The notes under the pieces were generated by a model. It saw only the letters and a list, made by a program, of their open reading frames with translations. It was not told the DNA's origin and ran no database searches. Positions 18,766 to 28,082 of a stretch of 64,000 nucleotides of DNA are shown piece after piece; the stretch's first letter is position 1; every line of letters starts with the position of its first letter. Origin of the DNA: a virus; the IMG/VR virus record IMGVR_UViG_3300036045_000005, positions 9,636-73,635 of that record; one strand, 5' to 3'. Position numbers and translations under genes: made by a program.

Positions 18766-19513
18766 CAACGATGACCTGGGTGACATTGAACAGACGGCCG
18801 TCACCGATATTCATGTGGCTCTGCAAAAGCAACTGCGGGCAATTCGCAACGGGCACGGCCGTTCTGAAGATGAAATCATCGCCAGTATTGAGACCATCCT
18901 GGCGGCGAACTCCGAAGATTTACTGACGGCCGTCGCTACCCTGCTCACCAGTGGCACCGAAGCGGGTGGGGCAATGGTGGCCGACACCCTGATCGGTACG
19001 GGTATCAGCGTAGATTGGGCATTAGCAGATGCGGCCGCCAGCGAGTTTGTCCAGGGCTATAGCTTTGACCTGGTGACGGGCATTAACAATACAACGGCCA
19101 CCCGTCTGCGGGGGGTGCTGCGTAGCTGGATTGAGCAGGGTGGGGACATGGAGGAGCTGGCTAACAGCATCCGCCCCATCTTCGCCAATGAGCCAGCCAC
19201 CGCCCGGATTGAGGCAATCTTCAATGTAGACCGGGCGCAGATGATTGCCGAGACGGAAGCGACGCGGGCTTATGCTGAGGGCAAGGTGGCCGGTTACATG
19301 GCGAGTGGCCTGGCTGACCTCCCGCCGGAGCGCAAGCCGCCGGATGATAGCCATGTGCGCTGCCGCTGCGATGTGACGTTGGAGAAGCAGGAGAATGGCG
19401 AGTGGCATTGGATATGGCTGACGGCGAATGATGAACTTGTATGTGATATTTGCGGCCCGCTTCACGAACAATCTGTTGGGTTGGCGAAAGAGGCGTATGT
19501 GGTTGCTGCTTGA
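18692..19513 (+). CDS. MuF/gp7-like head morphogenesis protein (possibly fused to portal by +1 frameshift)
   Basis: RA.MIA.TE..RAY, H.RCRC and W.TA.D..VC..C..L motifs; only a TTG start, overlapping the portal end. Confidence 0.8.
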   Translation: MLPPFAPKGPFASTLALKAEVHRDDNDDLGDIEQTAVTDIHVALQKQLRAIRNGHGRSEDEIIASIETILAANSEDLLTAVATLLTSGTEAGGAMVADTLIGTGISVDWALADAAASEFVQGYSFDLVTGINNTTATRLRGVLRSWIEQGGDMEELANSIRPIFANEPATARIEAIFNVDRAQMIAETEATRAYAEGKVAGYMASGLADLPPERKPPDDSHVRCRCDVTLEKQENGEWHWIWLTANDELVCDICGPLHEQSVGLAKEAYVVAA

Positions 19514-19564
19514 TTCGTGATGACGATGCCAATATAATGTATGATTAAATCTGATTTAATCAAG
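19510..19564 (+). promoter_or_regulatory. Promoter with tandem operator-like motifs
   Basis: TTGATT(19510)-17-TATAAT(19533); TATGAT-TAA-ATCTGA overlapping TCTGAT-TTA-ATCAAG. Confidence 0.6.
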
Positions 19565-19667
19565 TTGAGTAAAAACGCAGCCACCGACCAGGCAGGACGG
19601 CCGTACCGCCTCATTTACCTGGACGGCGTGGGGCATATCCTGACACCGGCCGATTTGGAGGAACTCT

Positions 19668-19979
19668 ATGCACATTACTGCCAACGAACCGATAGCGCAA
19701 CAGGTGAGGGTTGTGCTGCTGAATGGAACGGATGTGACGGCGTTGACGACGGAGGTGGACACGAAGGAGGGGTGGGTGAAGTTGCTGTTGATGGGGGCGA
19801 ACGGCCGTATCCTGTTGGACAGTGGGTCTAACCCCATTACCTTGCAGGTTCACGGTCGGGTGGTGGTTGGCTTTCACTCCGTCTACGTTTGCCCCTCCTG
19901 TGGCCTGGGCTTTGAGTTTGCCCGTGATTGGGTGCGGCATATTGCTGCGCCCCACTTTGTAGCTGATGAGCGAATATAA
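19668..19979 (+). CDS. Hypothetical protein with C2H2-like zinc finger
   Basis: GGAGG RBS; YVCPSC...F.....W..H....H. Confidence 0.6.
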   Translation: MHITANEPIAQQVRVVLLNGTDVTALTTEVDTKEGWVKLLLMGANGRILLDSGSNPITLQVHGRVVVGFHSVYVCPSCGLGFEFARDWVRHIAAPHFVADERI

Positions 19980-20361
19980 GATTGAACTGATTGGCGATGA
20001 GGAAATCGCCGCGCTATTGGAGGTGTTGAGCAAGCCTTACTTCCTCCAGCCAGCGTTCAACCGGATTGGGGCGCGGCTTCGCACGGAGATGGCGAAGTAC
20101 CCACCACCGCCGCCCGACAGCAAATACCGGCGCACTGGCAAGCTCGGCCGTAGCTGGGCGCATGAAGTGAAAAGTAGCCTGTTTGCGATGGAGGCGATTA
20201 TCGGCAACAACACGCCTTACGCCCCAGATGTGCAGGGTGAGGGGCAGCAAGCGGGCATCCACCAGGGACGCTGGCAGACGGATCAGGAAGTGCTGGATGC
20301 CAATACCCATTTTGTGCTTGAGGAGATTGGGGAGGAAGTGGATAAGGTTTTGCGGTCGTGA
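19966..20361 (+). CDS. HK97 gp10-like neck/tail-completion protein
   Basis: YRRTGKLGRSW and GNNTPYA..V motifs. Confidence 0.75.
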   Translation: MSEYKIELIGDEEIAALLEVLSKPYFLQPAFNRIGARLRTEMAKYPPPPPDSKYRRTGKLGRSWAHEVKSSLFAMEAIIGNNTPYAPDVQGEGQQAGIHQGRWQTDQEVLDANTHFVLEEIGEEVDKVLRS

Positions 20362-20376
20362 CGGCCGTGAGGAGAC

Positions 20377-20646
20377 ATGATGTTTATCCAAGTGGGAAAA
20401 CTAACGATCAACACAGACCAAATTGTTTATGTGGAAGAGCATGATTACCAGGGGGTGGCGATGCTCACCGTCACGTTTACGCATGGTCTACCCAAGAAAT
20501 TAGTCGGGGAGGAGGCAGCGGAGTTCAAGGAGAAACTGGCGAAGGTGACAACCGATACTGTTATCCACTCTCATATAACGTTTCAGGTACCCAAAACGAA
20601 AGGGCTGACGGATAGGCTGGCCGCCTATGTGGGGAAGATAAAATGA
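20377..20646 (+). CDS. Hypothetical protein
   Basis: GAGGAG RBS; IN.D.I.YVE. Confidence 0.55.
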   Translation: MMFIQVGKLTINTDQIVYVEEHDYQGVAMLTVTFTHGLPKKLVGEEAAEFKEKLAKVTTDTVIHSHITFQVPKTKGLTDRLAAYVGKIK

Positions 20647-20999
20647 GCGACATGATCAGTGCCAAAGAAGCGGGTGAGTTGATTGGCGTTCACGCTTCCA
20701 CCATCGGCATCTGGATTCAGACGAGGCAGATAGAGGGCGCGAAGGTGGACGGCTACTGGCAGGTGCCACGGGCGGCGGCCGAGGCGAAAGCGGCTACTTA
20801 CAAACGCCCTGTCCCCACACCGGATGAACGGAGCCGAATCACCGTGAGCCGCAAACCACCGGCCAGACCGGGCATTATTGATGCAGATGCGATGCGCCGG
20901 GCCAGGGAAAAGGTGATTGCGGTTTGGTCAGAGTGTATGCCGGAGGCTGAAGCACGGCGATGGTTTGCCGAGTTATTGGAGGCGATGAAGTCTGATTGA
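20643..20999 (+). CDS. Excisionase/MerR-like HTH_17 DNA-binding protein
   Basis: IS.KEA.ELIGVH.STI..WI....I.G.KV.G.W.V. Confidence 0.75.
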   Translation: MSDMISAKEAGELIGVHASTIGIWIQTRQIEGAKVDGYWQVPRAAAEAKAATYKRPVPTPDERSRITVSRKPPARPGIIDADAMRRAREKVIAVWSECMPEAEARRWFAELLEAMKSD

Positions 21000-21100
21000 C
21001 TTTTTGTTTTGTTTCTGTAAAATTAAATCAAACAAATTCATGCCCCTCTTGGGAAACCGACAGCGGCTTGTGAGACCCCTCACAAGCCGCTTTTTTGTTG
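20996..21100 (+). promoter_or_regulatory. Promoter plus late-operon leader/attenuator element, copy 2
   Basis: TTGACT-16-TAAAAT; GCCCCTCT(21042)..GACAGCGGC; 13-bp stem at 21062-21091 with T-tract just before the capsid RBS. Confidence 0.8.
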
Positions 21101-21113
21101 TTTGGAGGTCAGT

Positions 21114-23534
21114 ATGCCTTCAGAAGAAGAAATGAAAATCGCCGCTGTGAATGACAGCACGAATGCCGTCACCACCGGCAGCGACGCGAAAGTAACCGCT
21201 ATCACCATCACCGGCACGGCCGACAGCGGCACACAAGCGACTGAGCCGACGGCCGTAGAAGCAACAACCCCAGTCGAACCAATCCCTGCGACTGAACCAG
21301 AACCGGAAGCTGGCAACGAACCGTTGAAAGCCACCGCCCTCAATGACGTAGTAAGCGCGGTGTTTAGTGCCATCTGGCGCGTGCTAGAAGCCAGCCGTGA
21401 ATATGATGCCTGGACTTCCCATGTTTACGACGGCTTTGCCATTGTCCAGAAGGGGGCCGGGTATTGGCGGGTGGATTACACCATCGTGGACGGGCAGGTG
21501 GTCTTGCAACCCCGCGAGGCGTGGACGCTGGTGGAAGCGGAGTGGGTGGAAGCCGAGCGGCTAGAGAACACCACCGTCAGCTTTGGCGGTGAGGTGAAGG
21601 CTCTAGGCGCGGGCATCGTCGGTGGCTATCTGGTGAAGTTTAGCGACGCGGACACCCCTGATCTGGAAGATGATTTCTTCGATGCGGAGACGGATTTCGG
21701 CCCGCATGAGAAGTGCCTGGTCTATTACCAGCACGGGCTGGATGCCACGTTAGGCGTGAAGCGTCTGGGCGGCAAATTCGCCAAAGGGCTGGCAAGCCTG
21801 AAGGTTGACAAGGTGGGTGTCTGGATTCAGGCACAACTTGACCTGGCCGACGAATACGAAGCGGCCGTCTACCAGCTAACGGAAATGGGTAAGATGGGCT
21901 GGTCGTCTGGCACGGCCACCCACCTGGTGCGGCGCGAATTGAAGTCAGGGAGCAACGGCCGTAAGTCGTACCACATCACCACCTGGCCGTTGGGATTGGA
22001 TGCCAGCCTGACCCCCACACCGGCCGCAGGCCCGGAACAAACCAAAGTTGTACCCCTCAAGTCTTATGCCCAGGAGCAGGCAGCCAGGCTGCCCGGCCTA
22101 AAGGCGTTGTTACAGGAGGTGAAGACTATGGCTGTCTCCACTTCAACCGCAACCGCGACGGCCGTACAACCAACCCCTGCCCCTGGTAAAGAAACAGTAA
22201 TAACCCAATCGAATAAATCGGAGGATTTCAACATGCCCCCTGAAGAACTTGAAAAATTGATTACCAACGCAGTGAAAACCGGCGTTGCCGCAGTCGGAGA
22301 AAAGGTAACGGCCTTAGAAGCCAAACTCGCTAAAGAACCGGCCGTCAATGACAGCGGCTACAACGTACCCGGCGAGGATGAAGAAAAGAAGTTTACGGAC
22401 ATCCTGTACAACGTGCGCTACGGCGGTAAGAGCGATGACGAGGTGAAACACCTGGTCATGGACGAAATAGCTGGCGGTAATTACAAGGCGTTCGTCATGG
22501 CCCAGAACATCGCCTTCGCCAAATACATCCGCTTCGGTACTGGCGAGATGGATGCGAAAGAGGTGAAGTTGCTCAAGCGGCAGGTCTTTGCCCCGGCTTA
22601 CGTCATCAAAGCGTTGCAAGACGGCATGGACATGCGCGAATTGAAGGACGCGATGGTAGAAGCGCAGGGTAGCCTGGGTGGGTACGCGGTGCCACCGAAC
22701 ATGCAGGAGAACATCGCCCGGCGTCTACCTGGCCTGACGGCCGTACGCGGTGGCGGCGCTCGTGTCATCACCCTGGTGCGTGGCAACTCCATCGAAGTGC
22801 CCGTCTATAGCGGTGGCAATGACCGCTACGTGGGCAACCTGCGCGGTCAGTGGGGAACAGAAACCCAGGCCCCAGCCGAACAAAACGCCACGCTCGGCAT
22901 GGAAACGGTTATCGCCGACATCTACACCTACAAAATCCCGATGTCTACTTCGCTGGTTGAGGATGCTTCCAACCTGACGACACTGGTAGAAGACGACGTC
23001 GTGATGACGGTAGCCATTGATGAGGATGAGGTGTTCCTGATAGGCGACGGTGTGGGAAAGCCGCTGGGCTGGTTGCCGGGTGCGGCAAACAGCCTGAGCC
23101 TGACGGAAGTCAACTCCGGTGGCGCGTCCGCTCTTACGACGGCCGGCATTAAAGCCTTAAAGCGCGGTGTGGCCTCCCAATATCGTGGCCGGGGCAGCTT
23201 TGTTGCCAATAGCGACACCTACGGCGACATCGAAGCCCTCACCGTCAGCGGCACTGGCTCAGATTTTGCCTTCGGCGACTTGAGCGAAGAGGGTACTTTG
23301 CTGCGCCGTCCCGCTTTGGAATCTGAGGCGATGCCTGACGTAGCGGCCAACGCCTTCGCCATCCTGTTCGCGGACATGAGCGGCTACTACATTGTAGACC
23401 GGGCTGGCCTGACAGTGATGCGGATGCAGGACAGTTACACAGGGATCAACAAGGTGGAGTTGCACGTGCGCAAGCGCGTTGGTGGCCGACCGGTTGAGAC
23501 CTGGAAAGCGGCCGTGCAAAAGGTGGCGGCATAG
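21114..23534 (+). CDS. Fused prohead protease-scaffold-major capsid protein (HK97 fold)
   Basis: Protease motifs GYLV.F..DL..D.F, YYQHG, GVW.QA, GWSSG; capsid motifs GGYAVP, GDG.GKPLG, FADMSGY.IVDR. Confidence 0.92.
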   Translation: MPSEEEMKIAAVNDSTNAVTTGSDAKVTAITITGTADSGTQATEPTAVEATTPVEPIPATEPEPEAGNEPLKATALNDVVSAVFSAIWRVLEASREYDAWTSHVYDGFAIVQKGAGYWRVDYTIVDGQVVLQPREAWTLVEAEWVEAERLENTTVSFGGEVKALGAGIVGGYLVKFSDADTPDLEDDFFDAETDFGPHEKCLVYYQHGLDATLGVKRLGGKFAKGLASLKVDKVGVWIQAQLDLADEYEAAVYQLTEMGKMGWSSGTATHLVRRELKSGSNGRKSYHITTWPLGLDASLTPTPAAGPEQTKVVPLKSYAQEQAARLPGLKALLQEVKTMAVSTSTATATAVQPTPAPGKETVITQSNKSEDFNMPPEELEKLITNAVKTGVAAVGEKVTALEAKLAKEPAVNDSGYNVPGEDEEKKFTDILYNVRYGGKSDDEVKHLVMDEIAGGNYKAFVMAQNIAFAKYIRFGTGEMDAKEVKLLKRQVFAPAYVIKALQDGMDMRELKDAMVEAQGSLGGYAVPPNMQENIARRLPGLTAVRGGGARVITLVRGNSIEVPVYSGGNDRYVGNLRGQWGTETQAPAEQNATLGMETVIADIYTYKIPMSTSLVEDASNLTTLVEDDVVMTVAIDEDEVFLIGDGVGKPLGWLPGAANSLSLTEVNSGGASALTTAGIKALKRGVASQYRGRGSFVANSDTYGDIEALTVSGTGSDFAFGDLSEEGTLLRRPALESEAMPDVAANAFAILFADMSGYYIVDRAGLTVMRMQDSYTGINKVELHVRKRVGGRPVETWKAAVQKVAA

Positions 23535-23547
23535 TTGCATAAAAATC

Positions 23548-23573
23548 CGGCGGGGCTGACTATCCAGCCCCGC
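23548..23573 (+). terminator. GC-rich hairpin after the capsid gene
   Basis: GGCGGGGCTG/CAGCCCCGCC inverted repeat; weak U-tract. Confidence 0.5.
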
Positions 23574-23595
23574 CCCTTTCTTGGAGGATTCTCTC

Positions 23596-24045
23596 ATGAG
23601 CATGTTACTCAATTCTATAGGCAAAGACCTGTACATCCAGGTTTTAGAGCCGGGTCTGACTGCCCTCACCAACGCGAAATTTCCCGCCTCTGGCTCTTTC
23701 ATTGATGTCTCTCGCTTCGAGCGGTTCGCGTTTCTGGTCGGTCTGGACGTGATTGCCGATGCCCTGGATTTCAAGGTACAGCAGGCGACAGCGGTCAACG
23801 GCACACCGAAAGACATCACGGGGGCAGCCGATACTGATTCAGCGGGCACTGATGACCAGAAGTGGATTGTTATCGAGGTGCAAACCCGCAAGCTGGACAT
23901 CAACAACGATTACCGATACGTCACGCTGGATGTGAGCGGTGTCAGTGGTACCGACAACGCCTGCATCGTTTTTATCGGTGTTCCGACGAAACGGCCGGTC
24001 ACGCAGCACGCCGACTTCCTGGATCACGTTATCGTCGCTGGGTAG
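23596..24045 (+). CDS. Putative head decoration/accessory protein
   Basis: GGAGG RBS, beta-rich, directly after the capsid gene. Confidence 0.6.
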   Translation: MSMLLNSIGKDLYIQVLEPGLTALTNAKFPASGSFIDVSRFERFAFLVGLDVIADALDFKVQQATAVNGTPKDITGAADTDSAGTDDQKWIVIEVQTRKLDINNDYRYVTLDVSGVSGTDNACIVFIGVPTKRPVTQHADFLDHVIVAG

Positions 24046-24114
24046 TCGCCGCCTATTGGTGGCCCATGAGGACGGCCGGCGGCACCTGGCCGTCCTCTTA
24101 TCGGGAGATAACAC

Positions 24115-24462
24115 ATGGCACGTACAGCACTAACCGTAAACGAAATTGATAAGGACGGCCTGATCGTCAGCCTTTCGGCTGCCAATGCCGATGGGCATTC
24201 TGTGGCCGCAGACCGCAATGCGGCTAGTTATATTGAAGTGCTGAACGGTAGTGGCTCGTCCATCACCGTCACCATTCAAACCCCGGCCACCGCAGGCGGG
24301 CTGGCCATTGCGGATCGTACCGTCTCCATCGGCGCAGGGGTGCGGCAAAAGATTTCATTGGAAGATCGAGACCTGTATGTTCGGGACGATGGCACGATCT
24401 ATGTGGACTTTTCGGCCGTTACCACTGTGACCTGCGGCGCGTTCAAAATCTCGAAGGACTGA
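24115..24462 (+). CDS. Putative virion structural protein
   Basis: Beta-rich; V.NG.GSSITVTI.TP. Confidence 0.6.
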   Translation: MARTALTVNEIDKDGLIVSLSAANADGHSVAADRNAASYIEVLNGSGSSITVTIQTPATAGGLAIADRTVSIGAGVRQKISLEDRDLYVRDDGTIYVDFSAVTTVTCGAFKISKD

Positions 24463-24464
24463 TA

Positions 24465-25088
24465 ATGGCCTACGCCACGCTGGAAGAGGTGATGCAGGAG
24501 ATGGGTGTGCTGGAAGAGGGCATCAATACTGATCTGTTGCAGGCCAAGATTGATGCTGCCCAGGACATCGTTGAAAACGTCACCCATCGCTGTTTTGAGG
24601 CGGATGCGGATGAAACCCGGCTGATTGATTACAGCGAGGAAACGGTGGACGGCCGCACCCTGCACCTGCCCTACGACATTTGCCAGATCGCCGAAGTGCT
24701 GAATGGTGATGGTGAGGAAGTCACGGTGAATGAGTACGTGACCACGCCGCGATTACGCACCGTCTCTAGCGGCTCTTCGGTGATGCCGGCCGTGCGTGAT
24801 GCCTGGCCCTGGTACGCGCTGACCATCAAATCTTCGGTGTCCAAAGCCTGGACGTATGAGGATGACCGGGAGGAGGCGATCAGTATCACCGGCCGGTGGG
24901 CTTTTAGCGTGACCCCGCCAGCAGCGATTAAGGCGGCCACCATTCGCCTGGCTCATTGGCTCTACATGCAGAAGGATGACCTGCGCGACCGGGAAGAGAG
25001 CGAGGTTTCGCAAGATGGGATTCTCCTGTTGATGGGCGATTTGCCCAATGACGTGCAGGCGCGGCTGCTGCCGTTTGTGAGGTTGTAA
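24465..25088 (+). CDS. Head-tail connector (gp6/gp15-like)
   Basis: MAYATLEE start, P.AIK.A...LA..LY, LP.DV...L.PF. Confidence 0.8.
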   Translation: MAYATLEEVMQEMGVLEEGINTDLLQAKIDAAQDIVENVTHRCFEADADETRLIDYSEETVDGRTLHLPYDICQIAEVLNGDGEEVTVNEYVTTPRLRTVSSGSSVMPAVRDAWPWYALTIKSSVSKAWTYEDDREEAISITGRWAFSVTPPAAIKAATIRLAHWLYMQKDDLRDREESEVSQDGILLLMGDLPNDVQARLLPFVRL

Positions 25089-25549
25089 TGTCAGACCTGG
25101 TGGGAATTCACAATGCGTTAGCCGCCCAAACCATCACGCTCACGAACGGCCGTGAGGTTCCGGCGTGGGCGTTGGATGAGGTGAAGAATAGCGTTATCTC
25201 TGACCGACTGCCGATTCGTCTGCTGCTGCCACCGGGCGCGGAAGGGGGTTCGGCCGTTGAGGGTTTTGAGATGGTCAGCTTCAAGAACGCGCAGGTCGTC
25301 TGGCGGGTGGTGGATTTGCTGCTGTACCAAACGATTGGCAAAGCGGGCGGGGTGGCGAATGTGTGGGAAGTGTTGACGGATTACGTCGCCCAATATGTCC
25401 GCTATTTTTCGACGCACCGCAAGCTCACACCCAGCGCAACGATCACCGGCTTTGCTCCACAAGCGGGTGTGTTTCAATGGCCGCGTGGCAGTGAGAACCA
25501 GTATCACGGCGTTCTGATGGCGGTGCTGGTGAGCGAAACGATTTGTTGA
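25088..25549 (+). CDS. Putative tail terminator/completion protein
   Basis: Position and size between connector and tail tube genes. Confidence 0.55.
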   Translation: MSDLVGIHNALAAQTITLTNGREVPAWALDEVKNSVISDRLPIRLLLPPGAEGGSAVEGFEMVSFKNAQVVWRVVDLLLYQTIGKAGGVANVWEVLTDYVAQYVRYFSTHRKLTPSATITGFAPQAGVFQWPRGSENQYHGVLMAVLVSETIC

Positions 25550-25577
25550 CCGCAGAGAATCTGCGACCGGAGGACGT

Positions 25578-25973
25578 ATGAACAAAGTCATTGTTACCGA
25601 AGCGGGCGATGGGTTTAAGTTTTTAGACCCGTTTGCTAAGGCGTTTAAGGTGAAAGCGGGCGAGACGGCCGTCGTTCTGAGCCAGACGTATGCCCATTCG
25701 CTGGTGAGGGATGGCTATGCTGAATGGGCAGAGGAGCCAGAACCACCACTAGCGGAAACGGAAGCGGCTGTATCCGATGAGGAAGCGACTGCTGCGCTGG
25801 TGGAAGTGGATGGCATTGGCCCCAAGACGGCCGAGAAGCTGGTAGCGGCTGGCATCCGTTCGCTGGCTGAATTGGTGGCGGCTGACCCGGCCGCTTTAGC
25901 GACAACATTGGACGTGACTGAAAGCAAGGTCGCAGCCTGGCAGGAAGCGTCCGCACAGCTTCAAGGAGAATAA
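25578..25973 (+). CDS. Helix-hairpin-helix (HHH_5/NusA-AR-like) protein
   Basis: L.EVDGIGPKTAEKL..AGI.S..EL..AD. Confidence 0.8.
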   Translation: MNKVIVTEAGDGFKFLDPFAKAFKVKAGETAVVLSQTYAHSLVRDGYAEWAEEPEPPLAETEAAVSDEEATAALVEVDGIGPKTAEKLVAAGIRSLAELVAADPAALATTLDVTESKVAAWQEASAQLQGE

Positions 25974-25975
25974 TC

Positions 25976-26449
25976 ATGGCAATATGTGAAGGTTCAAGCG
26001 GCGCAGACCTGCTGGTAGAGTATTCCGACGATCCGAGCCTGACCTGGAATGATGTCGGGCACACCTGGAACGAAGTGAATGGTGTGGTGGGTATGCTCGA
26101 CGTGACGGGCGGCGACAAGGAAGCGGCGATGAAACGCACCTTTGGCGGCAACGTCATCGCGGGTATGACTGGGGCTGGTTTGCAAAATGTCGTTCTGGAT
26201 GTGGTTTTTGAGAACGATGCCAACAGCTTCCTGGAATTCCTGACTGACACGTGGGATGGCACGGGTGAACGGTGCTATTACATTCGCTGGTCTTATAACG
26301 AGGGTGCCTCTGGCGCGTTACGACGCACGGCCAAAGTCGCCTTGCTGACCAACCCGTTTACGGGCGGTAATGCGGGTGATGCGAACCCGGTGAGCAAGCA
26401 GTTGACGCATGTGGTTGACGGTATTATTCATCGGGATGCAGTTCCTTGA
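25976..26449 (+). CDS. Major tail (tube) protein, putative
   Basis: 157 aa, strong RBS, upstream of the chaperone and tape measure genes. Confidence 0.65.
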   Translation: MAICEGSSGADLLVEYSDDPSLTWNDVGHTWNEVNGVVGMLDVTGGDKEAAMKRTFGGNVIAGMTGAGLQNVVLDVVFENDANSFLEFLTDTWDGTGERCYYIRWSYNEGASGALRRTAKVALLTNPFTGGNAGDANPVSKQLTHVVDGIIHRDAVP

Positions 26450-26451
26450 TC

Positions 26452-26481
26452 GTAAGGGGCGGATCTCAGACCCGCCCCTAT
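26452..26481. repeat. Degenerate GTAG-type REP-like hairpin
   Basis: GTAAGGGGCGG-ATCTCAGAC-CCGCCCCTAT resembles GTAGGGGCG...CGCCCCTAC REPs. Confidence 0.45.
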
Positions 26482-26496
26482 AATAGGAGATGTGCC

Positions 26497-27318
26497 GTGG
26501 GCAATCGGGAGGTCTACGTACCGCAACACGTTTTTCATACGGCCGCTGCTGAGGATTATCCGGGGGTGACGGCCGTTTCCGCCAAACTCATCTTCCCCAA
26601 CCCGTTTACATTAGGTGATTACAAACGTTGGTACCGGGCACTCATGCCGAACCTGGCGAACAAGGAAGACCCGGATAACGATGCTTTGCTGCGCGAATAC
26701 CGGGCAGCGATGACGATTGCGGCGTTGGAGGAGATAATGCCAGAGGGTGATGTTGAGCCCAACCTGCATAACCCGGATGCGTTTAATCTGCGTAATGTGG
26801 TGATTGTGGACGGCCGTGTGCCAGACGATCTACCCATCCCTTTTGCTACCTGGGTTTGTGATTGTGCCGAGGCGTATTTTGGCAGCTACGTCGTCCTGGA
26901 GAATCGCCAGACGAAGATCGCCCGGTTGACCCGCTTCCGGCTGTCATCCAACACCATTGACGTGGCCGAACCGATGCTTGCCGGTTTGTTGCCGGATTTG
27001 CAGACTTACACTGGCAGCGTGACCTTTGCAAAGGTGATGACGAAGACGAGTTATTCGCGTTGGCAAAAGTCGTTACGTGCTTTGCCCGGCGTGGAAGCCA
27101 CCGACATTGACAACACCTTCTTCATGCGCCAATACCGGGCGGCGTTGGAACTGATTGAGAGTTGGGCGGTGGGAGATATACCGTTAAAGCTGATGAAGCA
27201 CAAAGATGGGGAGGAAGCCCCTTTGCTGCTGGCCTCGTTCCTGGTGCTGGCGGCCGAGGCATATCTTGCCAAGACGATGACCTTAAAAAAAATGCCCGCG
27301 CTGTATGGGGTCACATAA
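26497..27318 (+). CDS. Tail assembly chaperone (gpG-like), internally duplicated
   Basis: Between tail tube and tape measure genes; ends at slippery TTAAAAAAAAT (27283-27293). Confidence 0.75.
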   Translation: MGNREVYVPQHVFHTAAAEDYPGVTAVSAKLIFPNPFTLGDYKRWYRALMPNLANKEDPDNDALLREYRAAMTIAALEEIMPEGDVEPNLHNPDAFNLRNVVIVDGRVPDDLPIPFATWVCDCAEAYFGSYVVLENRQTKIARLTRFRLSSNTIDVAEPMLAGLLPDLQTYTGSVTFAKVMTKTSYSRWQKSLRALPGVEATDIDNTFFMRQYRAALELIESWAVGDIPLKLMKHKDGEEAPLLLASFLVLAAEAYLAKTMTLKKMPALYGVT

Positions 27319-27608
27319 TTCGGAAGGGTCGGGATGGCCCACCGCCCTGGTCGCTGGCGTTGGCGCGGGAGTGCCTGGATTATTACGGGAATTGGTTGCA
27401 CTTCCCGCGCCCCGATGGCCCGTTGGCGCAAGATGAATATGAGATGGATTGTGTACATAATGCCTGGGCGATTGAGCGGATTTATTCTTCGGAGAAGGAT
27501 AATGAGTTCAAGCGGCGAAACGGCCGTTTCCGGCTTTGGGTAATGTCTAAATCGCCAGAGGATGAGCAAGGCGTTTGGCTATGTCCCTGGCTCGAAGATG
27601 AAGAATAA
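27285..27608 (+). CDS. gpGT-like extension reached by -1 frameshift
   Basis: The -1 frame is open from the A8 run and encodes P..GPL.QD, typical of gpT-like tails; no RBS of its own. Confidence 0.7.
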   Translation, partial: KKNARAVWGHIIRKGRDGPPPWSLALARECLDYYGNWLHFPRPDGPLAQDEYEMDCVHNAWAIERIYSSEKDNEFKRRNGRFRLWVMSKSPEDEQGVWLCPWLEDEE

Positions 27609-27610
27609 AA

Positions 27611-27645
27611 GCAAAAGCCCTGCTGGGAACAGACAGGGCTTTTGT
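27611..27645. terminator. Bidirectional intrinsic terminator
   Basis: CAAAAGCCCTG...CAGGGCTTTTG between convergent genes. Confidence 0.75.
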
Positions 27646-27704
27646 GTCTCTTGCGAGACAAGACCGACTGCATTATATGCAATTCGCCGGAGAGCTACAA
27701 CCCT

Positions 27705-28082
27705 CTATTCTACAGCGTTACCGGCCGTTGGTGTGCCTACTGCTTCTTCCTGGTAGCGCAGGTGCATCACTTGAAAGTCTTTGGTCATCACCACGTCAAA
27801 CGGCTCCCACCCGCCTTCACACAACTCCCTGAACAACCAGCGAGATATTCGCTCATCATTCCCATCTAGCCGATGTAGTTGCAAAAAACAAGTTGTGCCG
27901 GTGACATCATGTTGAACATGGCGTAACTCCACTTTGGGCGCATGTATTTTAGCCTTGTCTATCAGCCAGTCTAAAACGTCTACGTGGGTACAATATAGGT
28001 TGAGGCTGGTGTAGTTGATGAAGCCCTGCTTATCCCCCCACATCGTTTCAACGGTCATGCTCAAGTATTTGTAACGCTTCAT
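27705..28082 (-). CDS. Moron-like hypothetical protein on the opposite strand
   Basis: AGGAGG RBS and own promoter TTGACG-18-TATACT (28153-28124); the only well-supported minus-strand gene. Confidence 0.7.
   Translation of the reverse strand: MKRYKYLSMTVETMWGDKQGFINYTSLNLYCTHVDVLDWLIDKAKIHAPKVELRHVQHDVTGTTCFLQLHRLDGNDERISRWLFRELCEGGWEPFDVVMTKDFQVMHLRYQEEAVGTPTAGNAVE

Noticed and set aside
20643-20999. Excisionase implying a nearby integration module
   Set aside because: Only a generic HTH_17 pattern; no recombinase or att site was found.
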